DNA of 64,000 nucleotides, taken from assembly GCA_965644265.1 (NCBI GenBank), contig OZ286463.1:10726001-10790000 (forward strand). The letters are read 5' to 3'. The notes beneath the pieces are model-generated. The model was not told where the DNA came from. It ran no database searches and was given only the letters and a program-made list of their open reading frames with translations. Positions 43,405 through 52,979 of the stretch are shown here, one piece after another (position 1 is the stretch's first letter; the number at the start of each line of letters is the position of its first letter). The stretch comes from Glycera tridactyla. Taxonomy: Eukaryota. A program made the position numbers and the translations under genes.

Positions 43405-43946
43405 CTCTTCTCGTACATTTCTAGCCATAGGTGACGATGTAATCTATGCTGCCGTGCTGACTGCTGCCACGTCGTGACGCCCTGATGCACCTGCTATGGT
43501 GGCGTCGTCTTGTGAGGTAGCACCTTGACTCGAACCACAAACGTAGAGATATGCCATGTCATGCCAATAGAACAAGATTGTGCTTCCTTTTCTGTGATAA
43601 CTATTCAGATTGCTTTGTTCCATACATTCCATCATTTCTATATTCATTTGTTCATTCAGAAGCCACATCATGACCTTTGAGGTGTGCAAAGTATTCTGAT
43701 ATTTTGGTTTTGGCTTTGACCTGTTGAGGTTCTTTCATGCGTTAAAGAACCTTTGATACGTTGAGATTTCAACCATGTTCCACAGACCGGACAGAGATGA
43801 GATTTTCAGATAGAGCATTCGATATTCACTTTTGGATTTCATGCTTTGGTATGTTGAAAGTTCTCACTTTGTCCAATCTTGTTGCAAGAAAGGAAGGAAG
43901 GCATTGTTCATTGGTTGGACATGGTTTGATATGTTTGGGTTCCAAC

Positions 43947-43987
43947 ACTAACCTTGTTTCTGTATAACAGTGTAACATGGACTCAAT
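43947..43987 (+). promoter_or_regulatory. Candidate QRE / branch point upstream of QUA2 exon B
   Basis: ACTAAC (43947), TAAC (43965, 43973) and ACTCAA (43981), 30-70 nt upstream of the exon B acceptor. Confidence 0.55.
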
Positions 43988-44016
43988 GTGTCTTCTTTAT
44001 GATGCGATGTTTACAG

Positions 44017-44134
44017 CCCGAGGGAGAGGATGACCTCAAGAAACGGCAACTCATGGAACTAGCAATAATAAACGGCACATACCGTGACACCAAGGCGGCG
44101 TCGCAACCCAGCGTGACCGCCACCACAGCAACTC
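44017..44134 (+). CDS. qki: QUA2 exon copy B: [39 protein letters not shown] (118 nt, phase 0-1)
   Basis: Acceptor gatgtttacag|CCC and donor ACTC|gtaagt. Second complete QUA2 signature, with many synonymous differences from copy A. Confidence 0.95.
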
Positions 44135-44144
44135 GTAAGTGACG

Positions 44145-44154
44145 GCATGGCATG
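44145..44154 (+). promoter_or_regulatory. Tandem GCATG (RBFOX-type) motifs just downstream of exon B; a TGCATG also lies at 43182-43187, just upstream of exon A
   Basis: gtaagtgacgGCATGGCATGcaac; ttTGCATGatgatattctggttccag. Confidence 0.45.
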
Positions 44155-44241
44155 CAACTACGACCCTTGGAACCGATCATGGTGCCTGCTTGCTGTTACC
44201 CTCCACTCTTCCCTCTTCCCATCTCTGTGTCCTCTCTGCAG

Positions 44242-44271
44242 GGCTTGCAACCCGACTCTTGACTCACACAG
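44242..44271 (+). CDS. Candidate 30-nt microexon (R)LATRLLTHT, phase 1-1; a second in-frame donor at 44280 gives 39 nt
   Basis: About 40-nt pyrimidine-rich tract ending ctctctgcag|. Donors CAG|gtgccc (44272) and TAA|gtgaat (44281) both preserve frame, with no stop. Confidence 0.5.
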
Positions 44272-44356
44272 GTGCCCTAAGTGAATCCTCAAATTTTGAC
44301 AATTGAATGACATTCTGAGGACCTTCATTAGTTAGCAATGATTTAACTCTTCAAAT

Positions 44357-44556
44357 GACATTATCAAAGTACTTTACATATCACATCATCAAAGTACTTC
44401 TACAGATCACATTAACAGAGCACTTCCAAAGATCACATAGTGAAAGAACTTCTACGGATCACATTGTCAAAGTACTTCTACAAGTCACATTATCAGAGTA
44501 CCTCTACAATCACATTATCAGAGTACTTTAAGAATCACATTGTCGAAGTACTTCTT
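44357..44556. repeat. Degenerate tandem repeat, about 8 copies of a ~26-bp unit (TCACATTATCAAAGTACTTCTACAGA)
   Basis: Repeated cacatt.tca.agtact motif. Confidence 0.8.
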
Positions 44557-46773
44557 TGGGTCATACCCATGGGACAAGTGATGACTTTTGATGCTGCGCT
44601 TTGTTGAAATTGACGTGTTTTACCGTGTTCAGATTGCAAGTATTTATGTCATCGCCTATCCCACTATGGCAGTCAGTAGTGTTCCAGCAACCATGAATTC
44701 AAAATTTGAATTTTCGTTGTGTAGAATGAAGATTGGATCGAAATATTAAGCTTCATGTTGAATATTGTCACATGCCCTGTGAGAGTTAAGTAAGTCTGTG
44801 TCATATGTGGTTGGTATTGACCATCTTCTTCCACCCGTTCTTTACTGTCTTTAGTTGAGTTCTTAGTAGATGACTTGGTTCAAATTCGATTCTGTTTTGC
44901 TTCTATCACAATTTTTCTCACTTGTTGTTTCTGTTGACTTCCGTAATTATTGCCGTGGATTACACTGCTTGCTGTGGTTGCCGTTTGCATTTTTTGTGTG
45001 TCATTGCACCAAATTCACCGTGTGTAGTACTTTTTGTGATCAAGCTCTGCGTATTGATCGAGTATGCTTGTAGTTTTGAGTTTTTGCATTTTTGTAGTTC
45101 AGAGGACTTGTGTGTCACCAACTAAAAATTCCATTCGCAGGATCAGATATAGGATGCATGGAAAATTAGCATTGCAATAGAATGTGGGAATTTCTGTTTT
45201 ACTTAATTTGGTTGTGAATTGTCCCATTTCGTCTTCTGAAGTTCATATCACCTATATGAATAATGCAAGGTATGAATATTGAAAAAATCAAACTCATCAG
45301 GTTCAGAGATATAGCGAGGAATTCTAATGCAGTTTGATAAGTAAACCGTAGATGGTACTTAGCAGATGCTATCTATCAGCTGGCCGTTTATACCAATTTA
45401 CTACCAGCTCATATTCAGTTACCACAAATTCACCTGTGGACATTCAAGTCCAGCTGTAGTTTCTAAGCTTCTTGTCGGAAAGCTTCTGTCCAGGCTATCG
45501 TGATAGAAATATTCAAGTCACATCTCATTGAAAGATTTGAAGTCGAAACTAGTTCAGCCATTTCAGTGTACATACACTCAAGCTAGTATTTGATAGATCG
45601 TCCTACATGGACGTATCCGCGATGGTATGCGAATATAGCGAAAAGGGTTGATATATGATATTCGTTGTCGGAAAAAATAAACGCAAGGTTGTCATGAGTG
45701 AAGTGGTTGATGTACTCATAATGTCGGCGAGTAGAATATTAATTAAGGTGTCATGTTGATAGGACGAGATGTATGTCACCTGCTGTTTGCTTGTGATTTC
45801 ATTTCTTCTTCTTCTTCGGCTGCCGCGTCAGTTCTTTGTCTCCTCATCCGGGTCCCCTCCTCGCTCAGGACATGCCACTCATGATTCACTAGTTATACCA
45901 CATACAACAAAATTCAACATTTGTAATTGCCTTGTGACCTCTCGTTCATTACATTTCCAGTTTGACTATTTGGGCTAAGATTGATAATTGTATTGTTGCC
46001 AATCATTTTAGGACACAAATTCTTAATCTGGCTGAATTTTTCCATGGTACACCATAATCTAGGGAGCTTTTCAAAGTTCAAGACTAACCTGTATCAAGAT
46101 GAGTTTCTTGTCCCCTCTGAATCAAGAAGTCCGTCTCAAATTTTCACCAACAATTGGAACTAGCGAGTTTTGACCATACTCTGTATAGAGGAAGCTGTGG
46201 CGGGCTATGAGCTACAAACATTAATAGATTTTTTTGCAAGATGTATCATGTTTGAGTTGATATCTTGTAAATTAGGTGAACTAGACAATTTTCATGCGAG
46301 TGAGAAGCGATCATCCAGTCTGATGCATGACTGCAATAGAAATAAATATAGGAGTGAAAAAAGGAGAACGCCTAGAAGAGAAAGTGTGATATTTGTCGTA
46401 GGTGAACCTGCATAACTTGTACTTCATTTAGGACCTGGATATCAAATACAGATTTCAGCCCGTTAGTGTGCTACCCGAGACTGTGCAAACTCAGAAAGAG
46501 AACTGAAGTCAGTCAACAGCATCACTCAGTGGTTGCCAGCAGCACTAGCTGTTTCCATCTGAATACGTTGTGAAGTGAACCATCGCTTTGTGACACAAGT
46601 ATAGATTAATTAGTTTCATTGTGTGGAGTATTTGCACAAAAATTTCCCAGGTTCATGCAAATTCATGATTTTTGTTCCCATTCCAACCGAAGTTGAACAT
46701 GACATTGACAAGACTTTTATTCATGGTAGTATTTTAGGCATTTATCTTTGGTTGGTAATGTCCACCCTGCTAG

Positions 46774-46803
46774 CTGGTGCGATAATTAGTAAAAACTTGT
46801 CAG
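46774..46803 (+). CDS. Candidate 30-nt microexon (x)GAIISKNLS, phase 1-1
   Basis: Strong donor CAG|gtatgt, moderate acceptor gtccaccctgctag|, frame-preserving and stop-free. Confidence 0.35.
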
Positions 46804-48542
46804 GTATGTGGTATAAATTGTGAACATGTGTGATTTAGCAGGGTCTTTTTTTCTCCAGCATTCACCATATTTGGGGTCAACATGTATTGGCTTTTCTTTC
46901 ACTATCGCTGCCTTGAAATGAACTCTTGTCACTCTTTTCCCCCATTGTATAGCGGCTCATTCTTCATGCCTACTTTCACCCCCATAGTTGTCACCGCTTC
47001 TCCCCAAACCCTAGCCTTTCTTCACAGTAGTCAATGGACTCCAGAATGGTATGCTAGAAACGATCCATCCTTTCCCACATGTTGGTCTCTAGTCGTTCAG
47101 GAATGTAGATCTCTTGTGTAGTATGGGATGTGATTAGGCAAGAACTTGGCATGGAGTATTCCTGGCAAGCTATTATCACATTTGTAGAATCACCTGCTCT
47201 CGGCTTCACCAGCTTGAGATTAGTCATTTGGTCTAATGCTAGTCATGTAAGTACACTGTACAGTAGTTGGTTGCATCACAACTGGTTGCAGTTGAGCGCC
47301 ACATGCTGGCTGATCTGCTGTAGTCCTGTGAGCATCATATAGAGGGCGGCAGCTGCCTTGCGTTGCAAGGTCTGCTGGTTTATTTGCCGTGCCACCAGAT
47401 GGTAGTTCACATTGGTTGCATTGTTCACCACCAGATGGTAGTTTTCTTTGGTTGCATTGATCACCACAAGGTGGCAGTGTTCAGGAACTGCTTTTCTCTT
47501 ACAGCGTCCCCACTCTTTCTGTGCCTGTTCTTGCATGTTCCACCTTTGTGGGATGTTCAGATCACCCCGCCATCTCTTGGAATGCTTTTATGCCCAAATA
47601 AGAATCTATAGGAGGGGGAAACAGAATGCTTTTGATGCCAGAGTTAAGTCTCTCTAGGTATTTAACAACCCCAGACCTGCTGATATTGAGGTTTGTAGCA
47701 TGATCCCTGGGCCTAATTTCACCAGGAACCCATGTAAATTCCTGTTAATTCTACCTCTGCTGGAATATTAATTGTATTTATCACATTCACTGGCCCCAAG
47801 CCAGTTTTGTAGAACTTGCATAAGCCCCCCCCCCCCCCCAAAAAAAAAAAAGAATAATGAAGAAATTCACTTTTCTTCCCTGAATGGGCGAGGTCCACTT
47901 TTGACAATGGAGGGGAGAGGGAAAAATATTGTTGATGAAAATTTTCATTCATCGAAATTCGGCTCCCAACTCAATAGGAAAGGGGTTGTTAATGAGCCCT
48001 ATGACGCTCAGGGTCTATGGCAATACAGGGTTGCATCCAGAGGGGGGCATGGGGGCATTTCGTCGACTATGGGCCTCTCTTCCCCACAATCAGCGGCCAC
48101 AATGCCCCATAAATCAACAAGGAGGTTGCACATTCTGATGTTACGTGAACCCATATTGAGAAATGTGGTGGAGAAATGCTCTCTTTTCTCAAATTCAAGA
48201 GGGAAATGATCCCAATTTTGGAAATCCTGGATGCAAACCTGGGAATATGCTGATGGAAGGCTACAACCTCAGTGATGCCAATTTTCTGGAAATTTTCAGA
48301 ATTCCGATGATTGGATGAAAAACCTGATTTGGAAATTGCAGCAAAATGGCTGGAAAAGGATACACCTGAAGATATGTTCTACTAGTATAAGAAAACTCAA
48401 CAATATTTCCCAAAATTCAGCTTTAGGTCATTGGCATCACTGTTCCTTGTACATACATTTTGGTTGATTGCAGTATTATATATGTGGAATAATTGATAGT
48501 TTGTGGTTTGCATTATATTCACAGCATCATCATCACTCCCCG

Positions 48543-48729
48543 CAGAGATGCCAACCTTTGTGATTTTTGAGTAATGATTACTCATTTTGGACCAGAATTT
48601 TAGTGCCTACGTACATCATTACTCCGAGAAATTCCACCTCTTTTTTTTCAATTTTGGCAATTACTGCCATCATTACTTCATAAAAATTACATCATTACTA
48701 TTTTTGCTCATTAAAGGTTGGCAACCCTG
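48543..48729. mobile_element. MITE of the same family as 32013-32209, copy 2
   Basis: CAGAGATGCCAACC ... GGTTGGCAACCCTG; shared GTAATGATTACTC and GCTCATTAAAGGTTGGCAA. Confidence 0.7.
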
Positions 48730-49732
48730 TTTTCAGGTTCTGTGCTTGAAATTGATTCATTATGATCTACTAACCCACTCACCGACCCTAAATTTTTAAT
48801 CCACTTTGCACTGAAAATGTATGAACTATCATGTACTGTATTTTCGTGCGTTTGATTGCATTTGATTGCCACACCTGCTATTTATAGTAACCCTGTTTTA
48901 GCAATTCAGATATATAATGATAATTGTAATGACTAGGTAGTTATGAAAATATCATGCATTTTAACAATCACAGCTGATTTTAGATTTCATTGTTCAGGCC
49001 GGTGTGTTCTAATACTCTGGATTTGTATTGTATGTGCACGGCTTGCTATGTCTGATATCGTAACACACACATGTACACAAGTTAGCCTTTTGGAATCATA
49101 TTCAAGCTCTTGATATTGATGAGCAGGCAAATAAATATCCAGCATAATGAACTCTTATTCTGGGCCAAAACTTTGGTACAGTATTTCTCACACAATGTCA
49201 CCATGTGAGTTCCGTTGATTGAACACAAATACACTCCTGAAAATTGACGTCATTGCTTTTAGTATGTTATTTACTGGTTTGCTCCTCTGTGTTGGGCTTC
49301 CTCACAAGTGTATCAGTACACTTCGAAAATCCCATACTAGCCCCAGATGAGTTCGGTGTTGAAATTTGCGTTATTGATTGATATGAAATTGCCTGCAAAT
49401 GGACGATAAGCTGGTGTTTCTTTGGGTATTCAAAACTTGAAAATAATGGATTTCAAAGTACCCACATTCAAAATTATTTCATTGTGAGCAAGTCTGCTTT
49501 ACCACCACCACTCCACTAAACCGTTACTTTTTTGGCGATGCAATACTTCCCTTGTATCGTAATTCTACATGCAAATCTTGTGGTGTCTGCCCCCAGCACC
49601 CAGCCCCACCGCTCACCCCCAGGTCAGATTGCTCGATTTTTGCATGTGTGATCATGGGATGTTTTTCTTCTCTCCAAGCTATGCTAGTTCTGTGAAAATA
49701 AAATGTTGGTGATTGCTTTCTGTCCGTTTCAG

Positions 49733-49750
49733 AGATGCAGTGTAATCTGC
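49733..49750 (+). CDS. qki: 18-nt microexon copy 1: (Q)MQCNL, phase 1-1
   Basis: tttctgtccgtttcag|AGATGCAGTGTAATCTGC|gtaagt. A near-identical copy with the same splice sites is at 50262. Confidence 0.75.
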
Positions 49751-50261
49751 GTAAGTGGAGTGTTGTATTTTCGGGGGACATCTCTCTGCCGCGGGTCACC
49801 CTGTGCGTAAATGCAGCCTTCGCCCTGCACCATTCCACATTCCGAATCACGTGGCATCGCCGTACAAACGGCAGTGGCTCTCCAACTTCCGGTAGACACT
49901 TGAAGGAGACTGTGGAATGGATGGGGAAGGCTGTGTTTTCCGCGAGAGCATACCCGAGGTAGACGCGTCCCCTCAACCTGCATCTTTAACGTAAATTAAT
50001 CATGATTAACAATTAACATAAAACATGTACATATGTTGTAAATTTCGACCTTGACTGCCCCGTTGACTGTTGGGACCAATTTTAGCCGATGTCCCATTCA
50101 ATTTTTTATTCGTGAAGAATTTAATCTTGTCATGCCCCAGTGATGAAAAGATGGTTATTGTGTGACATTCCATTTAATTGGGACACATGCCACTTTTAAA
50201 TGTATTGATTGATTACAAAATATCTCGCATCGATACATGGTAGTTTTTCTACATATTTCAG

Positions 50262-50279
50262 AGATGCAGTGTGGTCTGC
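50262..50279 (+). CDS. qki: 18-nt microexon copy 2: (Q)MQCGL, phase 1-1
   Basis: tttttctacatatttcag|AGATGCAGTGTGGTCTGC|gtaagt. 16/18 identical to copy 1. Confidence 0.75.
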
Positions 50280-51826
50280 GTAAGTGAAAGTTTCCTTTCT
50301 GACAGGATATTGCCTGGCCTTGTCTTTTTTGCCTTCCATGACTGATCATCAATTTTACTCCAACTAGCACTCAATCGAGATGATATAATCGTCTCATGAA
50401 TGCCCATACCTACAGTAAAATATGTCTTTAATAATAATATATATAGATGGGAAAACATGCAGTCTTGGCGAGTGAAAGGCCAGATGATATGCCCTTATCT
50501 TGTTAAGACTATTCTAAAGATAAATAGTTAAGAATCTGAGATATATGGGCACCAATTGGACTTCCAATGGTGACATAGATCTTTGATGTGGTTTTGATTT
50601 CTATTCTGATTATCAACTACAAGTAATGTAGAGTGAAGAGAAATAGTAAAGCATTGTTTATTAAATCAGCAAGATTGGTTCATATCAGCTTCAAACATCA
50701 TAGACCTCGACATTGACTGGTAATCTTGTTTTCCGATGGATGATCCTACAAAGAAAATTGTGACTTTGAACCCCCTGCTTCAGGGACTACAGTTCCCCAT
50801 AAGATTACTAAATGTAGTTAACCGGTAGCTCATAAGCTGCCCAATAACCTGGGAAACTTTGTCAGACTGAAAATCCGTAACAGTCGCCAAAAAAGAGCAA
50901 ATAAACTCGCCTAAGGGGTACCAATAATGCCTGTGTGCTAGCGCATTCATATCATCTCCCGCCGATGCCACTAGGTGGCAGTGCAGTGCTTGCATTACCC
51001 ACTAGATGGCTCCCAATGATAATATCACAAAATTGAATAAATCTCTCATATTATGCCACCCCCCTATAATCAGATTGGCAATATTTGTGTGGAGTTTGAG
51101 TGAAACACTTGCTGACTTGAAAGTCCTCTTTTTCAAGAGCAAAAACGTGTCCCATCTTACGCCATGTCGGGAAGTTAGTTAACCACACTTATCCACTAAG
51201 CTACCATAAAGAGCTGGGGGGCAAGCTTTGCTGGAATGGTGCACTTGGAATTTGGGATATCCACAACCATTTTGGTTGTTATTTCTTGCATGGAAGGGTG
51301 CATGATTTCAGTGAACTTTTGCCCCAGGTGTTAACCGATAGCAGTCTAACACAAGCATTTCAAGAAAGTTTTAAGTTGATTGTATTCCATCATCTCTATT
51401 TTTAGCAGTAATTGTATCATCAGTGAAAGTAGTCTTTTAAGATTAAAAAATGATGACTAGATCCTAAAGTTGAAAAAGTATTGTATCGGATATGCTTCCC
51501 TCCCAAATCAAAAAAGAAGTCGCTACAAATGTTTCATATGTGTTAGACATTTCTCACATTTTAAGCTTGACCAAATTTGTAATGTGTATTTGTGTGTATT
51601 TTCTGTCTGGTTCTGACCAGGTCACCGATGTGTTGATTTGTTTGGTTTTTTTATTCCTCGGCCCCCTTTGTTTTAGTTCCCATCTGCACCTCTCCACTTA
51701 CTCAAGTTGCACTTTGTTGCAAAAGAATTGAATAATTTTTTCAGTAATCATAAGAGTATTTTATTTGTCATCTTTTTCTCTCAAAAAATGAATAATATTT
51801 TATGTTGTGCTGAACTTCTGACAATG

Positions 51827-51913
51827 TAATAATAATAATGATATAATAATAGTAATAATAATAACAATAATAATAATAATAATAATAATGATAATAGCAA
51901 TAGTAATAATGAT
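51827..51913. repeat. Imperfect (AAT)n microsatellite
   Basis: Read directly. Confidence 0.9.
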
Positions 51914-52856
51914 ATGGTAAAACAATTAAATGGATGTAAATCATCAGTTACTGTGGTGTTAAGTTGAGTAGTTTTAAGGAATATTTCTTGCGTTATTGTG
52001 AATCAATCGAGTTATTGCCTAAAATCATTTGAAACCATTTCCTCCTCTGCAACTTGGTATATTGCAAGAGGTCCAGTATTCACACCCAAGAAATTAATCC
52101 CATTTCATTTTCCTGAAATCGGAAAAATATGCAAATAGATAAGGGAAGTAGATGCTGCCGCTTGAATATGATTACGCAATAAGAATCATTTACTTGAAAT
52201 TCCCACGTATTGAAACTAGCTTATTAATGCCAAAATACTGGTTACAGCCATATTGGTCATATTGATCGATAGTTAATGTCACGACCCAAGAAATATTGTG
52301 AACTGTAGGTGGCCTGTTTTTGTAGATATTTAACGCCCCACTATTTGATTTGTGTACTTGACTACTACTCTTTTCACATATATGTATAATGCTTAAATCA
52401 TATATTCACTGTTTATCATGTCATTTGCAAGATGCCAACCACTTCGTTAATTGTATGGAATAATTATTTTGAAATTATTCTGTCAAAAAGTGAGCATGTT
52501 ACATCATGAAGATTGATTAATTTACAGGTGTTTAGGATTTGTGGGAGTGATGCCTGTATGGGGAATGGGTATCCAGCTTCCATAGACCTGAAATACACTC
52601 ACACATACAATCCTTTTGGTTGATACATGCCATTAAATGTTATCAATCAATCAATCAAGGCCTACATATTCTGCAAGAGCTGTGGAATTGTACTCATAGT
52701 CCTAGATAATATTCAGTAATTTTGGTGCTCACTCATTCCACTGTTCCAAATTAATTTGGGAAAGTGTGCTGGAATGTAACTAGAAATGTATTCTGTACAA
52801 TTTGTTGCGATATAGTTGTCATCTTGTAGGCTGCATGCTGTGTGAGAAGCGTGTGA

Positions 52857-52868
52857 ACTAATCATAAC
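52857..52868 (+). promoter_or_regulatory. ACTAAT-ca-TAAC branch point/QRE before the 90-nt exon; TGCATG at 52832
   Basis: Motifs read directly, 22-33 nt upstream of the acceptor at 52889. Confidence 0.45.
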
Positions 52869-52889
52869 CTGTTGTTTCCGCTCCTACAG

Positions 52890-52979
52890 TGCAAGGGGGG
52901 TTGATGTCGCCATTCGCCACCGCCGAAACTATGCAAGCCTACTTCTCGGGGGTTAACGGAAAAACACCTACCACATCTA
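52890..52979 (+). CDS. qki: 90-nt exon (x)QGGLMSPFATAETMQAYFSGVNGKTPTTS, phase 1-1
   Basis: Branch-like ACTAAT at 52857, pyrimidine tract, ctcctacag| acceptor, TCTA|gtgagt donor. Open only in the expected phase; coding-like composition. Confidence 0.75.

Noticed and set aside
43206-44134. Duplicated QUA2 as an uncollapsed haplotype or a separate paralogous gene
   Set aside because: The flanking introns are unrelated, the exon lengths differ, and only one set of KH and downstream exons is present. A tandem exon duplication fits better.
2031-47840. Many poly-G/poly-C runs, including one about 85 nt upstream of the second KH exon
   Set aside because: They are scattered on both strands without positional pattern and look like a genome-wide simple-repeat trait rather than specific G-quadruplex elements.
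49524-49976. 150-aa minus-strand ORF overlapping microexon 1
   Set aside because: No recognisable domain. The shared LHLRR.HCISE text with ORF 50155-50370 is just the antisense of the duplicated microexon.
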